Shown one piece after another: positions 17,878-27,911 of a stretch of DNA of 64,000 nt. Source of the DNA: Gemmatimonadales bacterium (lineage in GTDB: Bacteria; Gemmatimonadota; Gemmatimonadetes; Gemmatimonadales; GWC2-71-9); the NCBI GenBank assembly GCA_041615815.1, contig JBFJCP010000011.1:32001-96000 (forward strand), given 5' to 3'. The translations under genes and the position numbers were made by a program. Numbering within the stretch: the first letter of the stretch is position 1; each line of letters opens with the position of its first letter. The notes under the pieces were generated by a model that saw nothing but the letters and a program-made list of their open reading frames with translations, made no database searches and was not told the DNA's origin.

Positions 17878-19730
17878 TGTGCGGAATCTTTGGCGCCGTT
17901 CGGGTCGACTCCCACCCGCTCTGCGATCCCACGCTGGTCTCTCAGATGGGTGTCACCGTCAAGCATCGGGGCCCCGATGGGCAGGGTCTGTTCGAGAGTC
18001 AAACGGCGATCCTCGGCGCCACGCGACTGCGGGTCCGCGACCTGAGGGCAGCGGGAGACCAGCCATTCTCGGATCCGACGGGACGGTATTGGCTCGCGTG
18101 TAACGGAGAGATCTACGACGCGGCCCGCTGGCGAGCTCGGTATCCCGACTACCCGTATCGTACACGATCGGATATCGAGCCCCTGCTCGCGGCGATCCAC
18201 CATCGGGGCCTGAGAGTCCTGACGGACATCGACGGCATGTTCGCCATCGCCCTTTGGGATCGGCACGAGGAACGCCTCACGCTCGTCCGAGACCGAGCCG
18301 GCGAGAAGCCTCTCTTCTACGCGCAGCTTGGAGGCGAAGTCTGGTTCGCCTCCGAGATCCAGGCACTCCTCCGGCACCCCCGAGTCTCGCACGAGCTCGA
18401 TCCGGCGGGCCTCGATGACTTGTTCACCATCGGGTACATCCTCGAGCCCCGCTCACCCTTCACCGCCATCCGGAGAATCCCCGCGGGTACCATCGTCAAC
18501 TTCGCTGCTGCGGGAATCGAAGAAATCCGGTTCTGGAATCCGGTGGCTCAGGCAAAGGCTCCGGAGCGAAGGCGAGACCCGATACGGCAGCTCGACCGTC
18601 TGCTCCAGCGAGCCGTCGCCCGACAGCTCGTGGCGGACGTCCCGATGGGGGTATTCGTCAGCGGTGGGGTCGACTCGTCGCTGTTGGCAGCCATGGCGGT
18701 GAAGACCCTGGGTCCTTCGCGAGTCGCCATGTTTTCGGTGGGATTCTCCGCAAAATCGTTTGACGAAAGTGCGCATGCCCAGCGGCTCAGCCGGCATCTC
18801 GGCACGACGTGCCACGTGGTGCGGGCCGATGAAGACGACCTCCGCACCGCGTTGGACGCGGTGACGGCATCGGTGGCGGAGCCCATCACCGATCCTGCCG
18901 TCCTGCCAACGTTTCTCTTGGCGCGAATGGCGCGCCACCACGTGACTACCGTGCTCAGCGGTGAGGGAGCGGATGAGCTATTCGGAGGCTATCCCACCTA
19001 TTTGGGACATCGCTACGGCGCGCGGTACGCCGCGGCGCCTCCCCTCTTGCGGCAAGCACTCACACAGGTGAGCAAACTCTTGCCGGTGTCGCACGGCAAG
19101 GTACCGGTCAGTTGGATGTTACGACGCTTTCTCGCCGCTGACGCCCAACCCTGGCACGAGCGGCACGTCACCTGGTTCGGAACCGGGCTCCGGACCAGTC
19201 AGGAGATCGGGCTCTGGCTTCAGCGGCGCGCCCGATTCTGGGAAGGGCTGCCCGACGACCCCGTCTCGGCGGCCACGCTCTTCGACTACCAGACGTACCT
19301 TCGGGATGGTTTACTGGTGAAATTGGATCGAGCGACCATGCTCAATTCGCTCGAGGCTCGAGCTCCATATCTGGATCGGTCGGTCACGCGGTTCGCGCTG
19401 GGATTGCCGTCGGAGCTCAAGGTCCGGAGCCTGACAACCAAGTGGCTTCTCAAGCAGGTTGCCAGTCGGTGGTTACCGGCTCGCCATGTACACCGGCGGA
19501 AGCGGGGATTGAGTGTTCCCATAAGCAGTTGGTTGAACGGAGGCCTCCGTGGAGAGGTCGATCGATTGCTGGCGCCAACGCAGCTCCCGGAAGCAAGTGG
19601 CTTGCGGCCGGAGCGGATCGCCGCCCTGGTGAGCCAGCACCGGCGCGCCGAGGCCGATCACGGCCGTGCCCTGTGGACCCTTTTGATCTTTCAACGCTGG
19701 TGCGAACGGTGGCTGGGAGGCCAACCATGA
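17877..19730 (+). CDS. asnB: Asparagine synthetase B-like glutamine-dependent amidotransferase
   Basis: MCGIFG N-terminal Cys, HRGPDG, NGEIY, RDRAGEKPLFY, SGGVDSS, SGEGADELFGGY; TAATG overlap with the GT gene. Confidence 0.9.
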   Translation: MCGIFGAVRVDSHPLCDPTLVSQMGVTVKHRGPDGQGLFESQTAILGATRLRVRDLRAAGDQPFSDPTGRYWLACNGEIYDAARWRARYPDYPYRTRSDIEPLLAAIHHRGLRVLTDIDGMFAIALWDRHEERLTLVRDRAGEKPLFYAQLGGEVWFASEIQALLRHPRVSHELDPAGLDDLFTIGYILEPRSPFTAIRRIPAGTIVNFAAAGIEEIRFWNPVAQAKAPERRRDPIRQLDRLLQRAVARQLVADVPMGVFVSGGVDSSLLAAMAVKTLGPSRVAMFSVGFSAKSFDESAHAQRLSRHLGTTCHVVRADEDDLRTALDAVTASVAEPITDPAVLPTFLLARMARHHVTTVLSGEGADELFGGYPTYLGHRYGARYAAAPPLLRQALTQVSKLLPVSHGKVPVSWMLRRFLAADAQPWHERHVTWFGTGLRTSQEIGLWLQRRARFWEGLPDDPVSAATLFDYQTYLRDGLLVKLDRATMLNSLEARAPYLDRSVTRFALGLPSELKVRSLTTKWLLKQVASRWLPARHVHRRKRGLSVPISSWLNGGLRGEVDRLLAPTQLPEASGLRPERIAALVSQHRRAEADHGRALWTLLIFQRWCERWLGGQP

Positions 19731-20296
19731 ATCGCGACGAAGCTCTGACGCTCATGCACGAGTACACCGAATCCGACGCGCTGCGAAAACACATGTACGC
19801 GGTGGAAGCGGCCATGCGCGCGTATGCGGAGAAGTACGAGCAGGACGAAGAGACGTGGGGCGTGGTAGGTCTGCTGCACGACTTCGATTACGAGCGGTAT
19901 CCCAATCAGGAGCATGACCCGACGGAGGGCCATCCGTCGTTTGGTGTCCGCCTGCTCCGAGAACGGGGAGTACCCGAGCCAATGTGCGAAGCGATTCTGG
20001 GACATGCCAGCTACACCGGGATACCACGGGAATCGCTCCTGGCCAAAACGCTGTTTGCCGTAGACGAGCTGTGCGGTTTCCTGGTAGCCTGCGCACTCGT
20101 CCGCCCATCCAAGAGTCTGCAAGACCTCGGGGTCAAAAGCGTAAAAAAGAAACTCAAGGACAAGGCCTTCGCGCGCGGTGTCAATCGCCAGGAGGTGCTC
20201 GAAGGAGCCGAGGAACTAGGCGTGCCGCTGGACCAGCACATTCAGTTTGTCATCCAGGCCTTGCGACCGGTGGAAGGGGAGCTCGGGCTGGGCTGA
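19727..20296 (+). CDS. HD-domain metal-dependent phosphohydrolase
   Basis: LRKH..AVE, GLLHDFDYE, AILGHA, LFAVDELCG, KDKAFARGVNR; ATGA overlap. Confidence 0.9.
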   Translation: MNRDEALTLMHEYTESDALRKHMYAVEAAMRAYAEKYEQDEETWGVVGLLHDFDYERYPNQEHDPTEGHPSFGVRLLRERGVPEPMCEAILGHASYTGIPRESLLAKTLFAVDELCGFLVACALVRPSKSLQDLGVKSVKKKLKDKAFARGVNRQEVLEGAEELGVPLDQHIQFVIQALRPVEGELGLG

Positions 20297-20298
20297 TC

Positions 20299-21708
20299 GT
20301 GCATAACAACGCGGGGACGAGTCTACCGGGCGACCGCGGGCCGGTTCAGCGAGCGCTCGATCGTACCTCCGGGGGCCGCAACATCCCCGGGAATCGAATC
20401 ACGCACCTCGCCGACGGGCCCGAGACGTTGGCGCAGATGGTACAGTTCATCGAGAGCGCCAGCCGGTGGGTTCACTTTGAGAATTACATCATCCGCAGTG
20501 ATCGCACTGGACACACATTCGGGGATGCGTTTATCGACGCTGCCAATCGGGGTGTGGCGGTTCATGTCTTGTACGACCCCCTGGGATCACGGGGGACGAG
20601 CCGCGGATTCTGGAAGCGCCTGCGCAAGGCAGGCGTGAAGGTCCGACCGTTCAACCGTCTCAATCCGTTCCGTCCGATCCGCTCGGTCCGGCGAAATCAC
20701 CGAAAACTCGTGTCGGTGGACGGACAACGAGCCGTGGTGGGCGGTCTTTGTATCGGTGACGAATGGGCCGGCCGTCCCACCCGCGGGATCCCGCCGTGGC
20801 GGGATACCGCGGTGGCGCTCGAGGGTCCCGTGGTGCCGGCCCTCGACGCCACGTTCGCCCGGCGGTGGGGGCAGACAGGCGGCCCGCTCCCCGAGGGAGC
20901 GGGCACCGGCGCCGGTCCATGCGGGCCCGCCGCCGCTCGAGTTGTCGACGGCATTCCGGGGAAACTGCGCCTGTTTCGCACGCTCGAGCTGTTGATCGCC
21001 GGTGTCGCGGACCGCCTTTGGATCACGGACGCTTATCTTGTTGCTCCCAGCCCGCTCTACGCTGGCCTTCTGGCCGCTGCGCGCGACGGCGTGGACGTAC
21101 GACTGTTGGTTCCGGGCCGCACCGACATCCCCGCCATCCGCGCCCTGACACGCGTGGGATACCGCGAGCTGCTCGAAGGCGGGGTGCGGATCTGGGAATC
21201 CCACGGACCGATGCTGCATGCCAAGACCGTCGTCGTGGATGGCACGTGGTTCAAGGTGGGGTCCACCAATCTCAATCCATCCAGTTTCCTGAGCAATCAC
21301 GAGCTCGATCTGCTGATCGAAGACTCGGAAGTCACCACCGCCGCGGCCCAGCAATTCCGACGGGATCTGGCCGACGCCGCAGAGATCGTTTTGCGAATGC
21401 GCCGCGGACCCGCGCGCATCACTCACCGCCTACCACCCACCCTGGAGCCGGCGGACGACGCGCCGCCGGTCCGCGGACCTGCTACTGGCCGAGAGCTCAC
21501 CCGTCGGGCCGTCATGACCCTGGGCCAGGTCGCCGATGGCGCCCGGCGCTCCATCGGGGGGGCGTTGGTCTTCGCCTCGGTGGGGACCGGCGTACTGTTC
21601 GCTGCGCTGCCGCGCGTGATGGGCTACGCCATCGCGGTGATCTCTTTTGCGCTGGGGGCCGGAGCGGCGTGGAATTTTTTCCGGCGTCGGGCGTATCGTC
21701 GCAGCTGA
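20299..21708 (+). CDS. Phospholipase D / cardiolipin synthase-like (ClsB-type)
   Basis: Two HKD motifs NHRKLVSVDG and LHAKTVVVDG, WRDT, GSTNL; C-terminal TM hairpin. Confidence 0.9.
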   Translation: MHNNAGTSLPGDRGPVQRALDRTSGGRNIPGNRITHLADGPETLAQMVQFIESASRWVHFENYIIRSDRTGHTFGDAFIDAANRGVAVHVLYDPLGSRGTSRGFWKRLRKAGVKVRPFNRLNPFRPIRSVRRNHRKLVSVDGQRAVVGGLCIGDEWAGRPTRGIPPWRDTAVALEGPVVPALDATFARRWGQTGGPLPEGAGTGAGPCGPAAARVVDGIPGKLRLFRTLELLIAGVADRLWITDAYLVAPSPLYAGLLAAARDGVDVRLLVPGRTDIPAIRALTRVGYRELLEGGVRIWESHGPMLHAKTVVVDGTWFKVGSTNLNPSSFLSNHELDLLIEDSEVTTAAAQQFRRDLADAAEIVLRMRRGPARITHRLPPTLEPADDAPPVRGPATGRELTRRAVMTLGQVADGARRSIGGALVFASVGTGVLFAALPRVMGYAIAVISFALGAGAAWNFFRRRAYRRS

Positions 21709-21729
21709 TCTCAACGTTTCCTGGAGCCC

Positions 21730-22296
21730 GTGCGTAAGAATCGTATGGAGGATGGGGAGCTCGCCGCGCTGGCCCAGGCGGGCGACCGAGAGGCATTCGG
21801 TGAGTTGGTGCACCGGTATGCCGCCCCCGCCCGCCGTCTGACGCGCGCGGTCCTCCGGAACGACGCGGATGCGGACGACGCGGCGCAAGACGGGTTTCTC
21901 GCAGCACTCCGGACGATCGGCCGCTACGATCCCACGCGCCCATTCGGACCGTGGCTCATGCGAATCGTCGCCAACGCGGCGGCGGATCGCCGTCGGCGGC
22001 GACGAGTGCGCGAAACCGAGGCGCTGACCCCGAGCCTCGCCTCGCCGGCTGCGTCGCCGGACGAAGAGGCTCACCGGGAGGGGCTGAGGAGCGCGCTGCG
22101 GGAGGCCCTGGCCACGCTGCCGGAGCGTCAGCGGCTCGCGATCGTGTTCTTCGACGTCGAGGGGTACAGCCATGCGGAGATCGCAGAAGTGCTTGGTGTA
22201 CCGGCCGGGACCGTGCGATCCGACGTGTTTCATGCCCGCCGAGCGTTACGACCGGCGCTCGAAGCGTGGCGAAATCGGACCGAGGAGGCCACATGA
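21730..22296 (+). CDS. ECF RNA polymerase sigma factor
   Basis: Region 2 AGDREAFGELV..DADDAAQDGF..F..WL.RI; region 4 LPERQR..EGYSHAEIAEVLG.P.GTVRS. Start may be 21745. Confidence 0.92.
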   Translation: MRKNRMEDGELAALAQAGDREAFGELVHRYAAPARRLTRAVLRNDADADDAAQDGFLAALRTIGRYDPTRPFGPWLMRIVANAAADRRRRRRVRETEALTPSLASPAASPDEEAHREGLRSALREALATLPERQRLAIVFFDVEGYSHAEIAEVLGVPAGTVRSDVFHARRALRPALEAWRNRTEEAT

Positions 22297-22655
22297 ATGA
22301 TCGGTCTGCATTCGATCATCGGCCCGACCCTGAGTTGGGGCCTGCGCTTCGGGCGCTGCTGACCGCCGAGGACGACGCGGCCTTCGTGTCGAGGGTCGTA
22401 GAGGCGGCCGCGCTCCAGGAGAGCGGCCGCTGGTGGGAAGTCCTCGGGTCCTGGGCTGCACCGGGCTTCGCCGCCGCCCTTGTCCTGGCGGCCGTCTCCG
22501 CCTGGTTTGCCGTCACGGCTGGTGCCAACGGTGACTCGCCTTTGGGTGATCCCTTGGCCGCCGCCAGTGAGGCCGCGGCCGTCCCGGCGTACCTCATATC
22601 GGCTGACGTCCCCGATGTCGACGCCGTGATGACCGCCCTCTTCGAAGATCAGTAA
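22293..22655 (+). CDS. Single-TM protein, putative anti-sigma factor
   Basis: ATGA-coupled to the sigma gene, SD GAGGAGG, one central hydrophobic helix. Confidence 0.6.
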   Translation: MNDRSAFDHRPDPELGPALRALLTAEDDAAFVSRVVEAAALQESGRWWEVLGSWAAPGFAAALVLAAVSAWFAVTAGANGDSPLGDPLAAASEAAAVPAYLISADVPDVDAVMTALFEDQ

Positions 22656-22692
22656 AAAAACCGAATAGCAACGCTGGAAGGGAAGCGATAGC

Positions 22693-23091
22693 ATGTTGAA
22701 TCGATCCAAGCTGTGGGCTGCCGCGCTGCTCTTCGCCGTATTCGCGGCGGGAATCGCCGTCGGCGGGGCCGCATCGGCTGCGTGGGGAGACCCCCGAGGC
22801 AGTGAGGCCACCGATGGCCGGCGGGGGCGCTACGCGGAGCGGTTGCAGCAAGAGCTGGCACTGAGCCAGGAGCAGCGCGACTCGGTGGATGCCATTCTCG
22901 CGCGGCGCAAGGCCGCCATGCGCGCACTCTGGAGCGAGATGGAGCCTCGCTTCGACTCCCTCCGCACCGCCATTCGCGCCGAGATCGCGACGCTGCTCGA
23001 TGCCGAGCAGACCGAAGCATACCGGGCCCTCATCGCCCGAAGCGACAGCGCGCATGCCCATCGGCATCACCGGGGGCGCAATGGTCGCTAG
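22693..23091 (+). CDS. Periplasmic helical protein, Spy/CpxP-like
   Basis: N-terminal TM/signal; two LTxxQ-like motifs LALSQEQR and LLDAEQ. Confidence 0.65.
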   Translation: MLNRSKLWAAALLFAVFAAGIAVGGAASAAWGDPRGSEATDGRRGRYAERLQQELALSQEQRDSVDAILARRKAAMRALWSEMEPRFDSLRTAIRAEIATLLDAEQTEAYRALIARSDSAHAHRHHRGRNGR

Positions 23092-24373
23092 GCAATGGCT
23101 CGCAGCCGTGCTGTGCGCTGGAGCGCTCGCCGTCGCATCGGAGACGCTTCACGCTCAAGCGGAGACCGTGAGCCTCGACGATGCTGTAACAGCGGCCCTC
23201 CGTGCGCACCCGCAGGTGGTGCAGGCACGTGGCCAGCTGGACATTGCGGCCGCCTCTCGCCGATCTGCGGTGGGCGCCTGGCTGCCCACGATCAACGGGA
23301 CCTCCGGGTGGAGCCGCAACTCATCCAGCCGGTTCGACCCCAACACGCAACGGACCGTCAGCAGCGGGGCGGGTTCGACCTATTCCGCGGGATTCGACGC
23401 CCGGATGGAGCTGTTCGACGGGCTTCGACGAGTGGCCGACAATCGTGCCGCCAATGCCGATGTGGCCAGCGCCGACGCGGGGCTGATCAATCAGGAGTTT
23501 CAGGTCACACTGCAAACGAAGCAGGCCTTTTTCACCGCGCTCGCCGCCGATGAGCTGGTCCGAGTGGCCGAGACGCGCATCCAACGGGCGGAGGAGCAAC
23601 TCAAGATCTCCATGGACAAGTTGGCGGCCGGGAGCGCCACCCGGTCCGATACGCTCCGCGGCCGGGTCGAGCTGGGAAACGCACAGCTGCAACTCCTCAA
23701 TGCTCAGACGCAGCGGGCCACCGCGGAAGCCGACCTCGCCCGGTTGATGGGCAGGGACGGCCCCGTCCGCGCGGCGAGCGACCCCACGTTGTTCGACCGG
23801 GTATCGTTGGACACCGCTCAGCTGCGAGAAGAGGCGCTGGTCCAATCGCCCTCGATCGGTCAGGCGCTCGCCGACGCCCGGGCCGCAGACGCTCAGGTAG
23901 CGGCCTCCCGAGCGCAGTACTTCCCATCGGTCTCGGCATCGTTCTCGAACTCCTGGACAGGTGCAGCTCTCGACCAGCTCGGCAACACCTGGTCCGTTCG
24001 GGTGAACCTCTCGTGGCCGCTGTTCAACGGGTTCACACGGGAGACGAATCTCGCCCGCGCCTCGGCGAGTCAGGATGCCGCTCGTGCGCAAGCGGAGGAC
24101 GCACGCCGGCAGGTGAATGCGGACCTCACCCAGTACCTTTCCGCCGTGGCTTCGGCCCAGGCGCGAGTCGAGATCGCCCAGGCCAGCCGCGCCGCTGCCG
24201 ACGAAGATCTTCGGGTTCTCAGAGAGCGGTACCGTCTCGGCGCCGCCACGATCCTCGACGTCCTTACCTCACAGGTCAACCTGGATCAGGCAGAGGTCGA
24301 CATGGTCCAAGCGCGCCTCGATTATCTGGTAGCAAAGGCACAGATCGAGGCCTTGGTCGGGAGAGAGTTATGA
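23081..24373 (+). CDS. TolC family outer membrane efflux protein
   Basis: Signal peptide, two OEP repeats ([33 protein letters not shown]). Confidence 0.92.
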   Translation: MVARQWLAAVLCAGALAVASETLHAQAETVSLDDAVTAALRAHPQVVQARGQLDIAAASRRSAVGAWLPTINGTSGWSRNSSSRFDPNTQRTVSSGAGSTYSAGFDARMELFDGLRRVADNRAANADVASADAGLINQEFQVTLQTKQAFFTALAADELVRVAETRIQRAEEQLKISMDKLAAGSATRSDTLRGRVELGNAQLQLLNAQTQRATAEADLARLMGRDGPVRAASDPTLFDRVSLDTAQLREEALVQSPSIGQALADARAADAQVAASRAQYFPSVSASFSNSWTGAALDQLGNTWSVRVNLSWPLFNGFTRETNLARASASQDAARAQAEDARRQVNADLTQYLSAVASAQARVEIAQASRAAADEDLRVLRERYRLGAATILDVLTSQVNLDQAEVDMVQARLDYLVAKAQIEALVGREL

Positions 24374-25116
24374 CGAGCGCCGCCGAAATGGATTTTCGAA
24401 CCGGTGATATCCCAACGCCGGACATCATCATCCTCACCCATAAGCTCTCACGGGATTACGAGCTCGGGGCGGAGGTGGTGCACGCGCTGCGTGACGTGGA
24501 CCTCCAGATCCGGAGGAACGAGTTCGTGGCCATCATGGGGCCATCCGGATCCGGCAAGTCGACACTCATGAATTTGCTCGGCTGCCTCGATACCCCTACG
24601 GGTGGTGAGTACTGGCTCAACAGTCAAAAGGTCAGCGAACTCGATGACGATGAATTGGCCCGTATCCGAAACAAGGAAATCGGATTTGTATTCCAGACAT
24701 TCAATCTCCTCCCCCGCGCCACGGCGCTCCACAATGTGGAATTACCGTTGATCTATGCGGGGATCCCCGCCAAACAGCGGCGAGAGCGGGCCGCCGATGC
24801 CCTGAACCGGGTTGGGCTTGGCGACCGAATGGAGCACCGCCCCAACGAACTGTCCGGCGGTCAGCGGCAACGGGTCGCCATTGCCCGGGCGCTGGTGAAC
24901 AACCCCAGCATCCTCCTGGCAGACGAACCCACTGGAAACTTGGACAGCGTCACCAGCCAAGAGATCATGGAGGTGTTCGAGGCGCTCCACGGTCACGGAC
25001 ACACGATCATTCTGATCACGCACGAGCACGACATTGCTACCCACTCCCAACGCCAGGTTCACCTGCTGGACGGCAGGATCGAACGAGACATCTCTACTGC
25101 GAGCATCCAGGCATGA
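24370..25116 (+). CDS. MacB-type ABC transporter ATP-binding protein
   Basis: [41 protein letters not shown]. Confidence 0.95.
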   Translation: MTSAAEMDFRTGDIPTPDIIILTHKLSRDYELGAEVVHALRDVDLQIRRNEFVAIMGPSGSGKSTLMNLLGCLDTPTGGEYWLNSQKVSELDDDELARIRNKEIGFVFQTFNLLPRATALHNVELPLIYAGIPAKQRRERAADALNRVGLGDRMEHRPNELSGGQRQRVAIARALVNNPSILLADEPTGNLDSVTSQEIMEVFEALHGHGHTIILITHEHDIATHSQRQVHLLDGRIERDISTASIQA

Positions 25117-26618
25117 TTCATCGATATACGTACCGCGTCGCGTTTCCGGCCTTCGCCGTTGCCCTTGTGGCGTGTTCTGAACCACCGCCGCCACCCGTGT
25201 ATCAAGCGGTTCCCGTTGCCAGCCGCGACATCATCGTCTCGGTGAGCGCTGCCGGAACCGTAGAGCCGGTTACCACCGTCGACGTGAAGTCCAAGGCGTC
25301 CGGTGAGATCGTGGCTACCGCGGTCGAAACCGGCGACGTCGTGGATGCAGGAACGGTGTTGGTTCGGGTCGATCCCCGAACCCCGCGCAACGCCCTCGAC
25401 GAGGCGGAGGCCGACCTCGAGGTGGCGCAGGCACAATTGACCAATGCCGAGTCGCAGCTCCGCAGAGCGCAGGAGCTGTACGGGACGCAGTCGATTACCG
25501 AACAGGAGTTCGAGGCGGCGAATCTCCAAGCTGCCACGGCCAAGGCGCAGTTGGTTCGCGCCCAACGCTCCCTGGAAGACGCCCGGATCGCTTTCGAGGA
25601 CACCGAGGTGCGGGCCCCCATCCATGGCGTCGTCATCCAGAAGAGTGTCGAGGTGGGGACGGTCATCTCGTCCGCGACGCGGGAAGTGGGGGGTGGCACG
25701 GTGCTGCTCCAGATGGCGAACCTCGATACGGTCCAGGTCCGCACCCTGGTCGACGAAACCGATATCGGAAAGATCCAGCCAGGCCTCGACGTCACCATCA
25801 CTGTCGATGCGTACCCCAACCAGCCGTTCCGCGGCGCCGTGTTGAAAATCGAACCCCAGGCCACAGTGCAGCAAAACGTGACCATGTTCGCCGTGCTCAT
25901 TCGCATCGCAAACCGCCAGGGACTTCTGCGACCGGGGATGAACGCCGAAGTGGAAGTGCACGTCGGTTCTCGGCAAGATGTTCTCGCCATTCCGAACGCG
26001 GCGCTGCGCACGCAGCGTGACGTCGCGTCCGGCGCGCAGGTGCTGGGTCTCGATCCGGAAGTCGTCGATCAACAGATTGCGGCGGCCCGGGAGGGCGCCG
26101 GTGCGGCGTCTCTCGCCGGCTCGATGGCAGGGTCCGAGGAAGCCGGTCCGGAAACCATCACGTTCGGTGGTCGTACCGTTGAACTGCCGGAGGGCGTGAC
26201 CGCCGAGCAGGTCCAGAGCATCTTCGGCAAAATGCGCTCCGGTGGCGGCCCGCAGGCGCTGTCGCAAGAGGAGCGAGCCATCATGGCCCAGGTTCGCAAC
26301 GCCATGGGCGGAGGGAACGCGGGCCGAGGTGCGCGGCGTGCCCAGGGCGGCGGCAGCGACTACCTGTTTGGCGGCAATTACATCGTCTTCGTTCTGCGAA
26401 ACGGCGAACCGCAGGCGGTGCCCATTCGTACTGGCCTTACGGACCTCGACTATTCCGAGGTCGTCTCAGGCCTCTCCGAGAGTGATACCGTGTTGATTCT
26501 CCCCTCCGCCAGCCTCGTCGCGAGCCAGGCGGAATGGCAGGAGCGTATCCAACGGGTCCGCGGCGGTGGTCTTCCGGGCGTGCAGCGACAATCGTCGGGA
26601 TCCCAAGGAGGTCGGTGA
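25113..26618 (+). CDS. MacA-like periplasmic adaptor lipoprotein
   Basis: Lipobox LVAC, lipoyl/hairpin MFP pattern, VDETDIG, LRPGMNA, Gly-rich insertion. Confidence 0.9.
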   Translation: MIHRYTYRVAFPAFAVALVACSEPPPPPVYQAVPVASRDIIVSVSAAGTVEPVTTVDVKSKASGEIVATAVETGDVVDAGTVLVRVDPRTPRNALDEAEADLEVAQAQLTNAESQLRRAQELYGTQSITEQEFEAANLQAATAKAQLVRAQRSLEDARIAFEDTEVRAPIHGVVIQKSVEVGTVISSATREVGGGTVLLQMANLDTVQVRTLVDETDIGKIQPGLDVTITVDAYPNQPFRGAVLKIEPQATVQQNVTMFAVLIRIANRQGLLRPGMNAEVEVHVGSRQDVLAIPNAALRTQRDVASGAQVLGLDPEVVDQQIAAAREGAGAASLAGSMAGSEEAGPETITFGGRTVELPEGVTAEQVQSIFGKMRSGGGPQALSQEERAIMAQVRNAMGGGNAGRGARRAQGGGSDYLFGGNYIVFVLRNGEPQAVPIRTGLTDLDYSEVVSGLSESDTVLILPSASLVASQAEWQERIQRVRGGGLPGVQRQSSGSQGGR

Positions 26619-27832
26619 TGCTTTTCGGCGAGATCATCGGGGTGGCCCTTGGCGCGATTCGGGCCAACAAGCTGCGATCGTTTCTCACCGCGCTCGGCAT
26701 CGTGATCGGCGTGGGCGCCGTCATCACCATGGTTTCCTTGGGGAACGGCGCGCAGAAGGCCGTGCAAGAACAGATCGAATCCCTCGGAACCAACCTTCTG
26801 TCGATCTACCCCGGTCAGCGGTTTCGGGGAGGAGTGGCGAGTCAGGACCGTGAAAGCCTCACGTCAGACGACGCCGCCGCGCTCGAGCGCGATGCACGGG
26901 GCCTCTCCTCGGTGGTCCCGGAGCTTCGCGCCAACAAGCAGGTCAAGTACGGCAATCAGAACCTCAACGTGAGCGTCACCGGCACGGTCACAGCCTACGC
27001 TCCGGTGAACAAATACGAGGTAGCCGTGGGATCGATGTTCACGGCTGGCGACGAAGCCGCGCGGAAGCGGGTGGCGGTGCTGGGCTACGCCATACCCATC
27101 ATGTTGAACATCCGGCCTGAGATGCTCGTCGGCAAACAGGTGGACATCGGTGGCGTTCCTTTCGACATCATCGGGGTGCTGGCAGAAAAGGGCGCCCAGG
27201 GAAGCTGGCGCAACCCCGATGAGATCATTCTCGTTCCGCTCCAGACCGCACAGTTCCGGCTCATGGGAACGGACAGGCTGGGGTCGATTACGGTGGAAGT
27301 GGCCTACAGCGACTCGATCGCCACGGCAATGCTGGAGATCGAGCGCGTCATGCGGCGCGAGCATGCCATCCCCCCCGGTGGCGACAACGACTTTCAGATT
27401 CTCAGGCGCTCGCAGTTCCTCGCGACCCTCGAGGATACGACCCAAACGTTCACCATCCTCCTCGCAAGCATCGCGGCGGTGAGCTTGCTGGTGGGTGGGA
27501 TCGGCATCATGAACATCATGCTCGTGTCGGTGACGGAGCGCACCCGCGAGATCGGGGTGCGTAAGGCCCTGGGCGCCACGCGAAAGAACATTCTGCTCCA
27601 GTTCCTCGTCGAGGCGCTCGTTCTCTGCATGCTCGGCGGCGTACTGGGCATCATGTTCGGCTCTGGCGGAGCCATCGCGCTGTCACGATTGGCCAACTGG
27701 AACACGTTGCTCTCGCCGGGCGCCATCGTCCTCGCCTTCTTCTTCAGCGCGGCCGTGGGCATCTTCTTCGGACTTTGGCCGGCCAAACGCGCAGCGGCGT
27801 TGGATCCGATAGAAGCGTTGCGATACGAATGA
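26618..27832 (+). CDS. MacB/FtsX-type ABC permease
   Basis: NKLRSFLT.LGIVIGV, SLLVGGIGIMNIMLVSVTERTREIG, LDPIEALRYE. Confidence 0.95.
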   Translation: MLFGEIIGVALGAIRANKLRSFLTALGIVIGVGAVITMVSLGNGAQKAVQEQIESLGTNLLSIYPGQRFRGGVASQDRESLTSDDAAALERDARGLSSVVPELRANKQVKYGNQNLNVSVTGTVTAYAPVNKYEVAVGSMFTAGDEAARKRVAVLGYAIPIMLNIRPEMLVGKQVDIGGVPFDIIGVLAEKGAQGSWRNPDEIILVPLQTAQFRLMGTDRLGSITVEVAYSDSIATAMLEIERVMRREHAIPPGGDNDFQILRRSQFLATLEDTTQTFTILLASIAAVSLLVGGIGIMNIMLVSVTERTREIGVRKALGATRKNILLQFLVEALVLCMLGGVLGIMFGSGGAIALSRLANWNTLLSPGAIVLAFFFSAAVGIFFGLWPAKRAAALDPIEALRYE

Positions 27833-27836
27833 CGAC

Positions 27837-27911
27837 GCGGGGTGGGCAGCCGGGAGCCAGGAGCGGTGACCGATGAATCCCGCTTCCGGCTCCCCACTCC
27901 CCGCTCCCCGC
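27837..27911. repeat. Heptamer-based imperfect palindrome spanning the thrB start
   Basis: Left GGCAGCC GGGAGCC AGGAGCGG; right CCGCTTCC GGCTCCC CACTCCC CGCTCCC. Confidence 0.7.
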
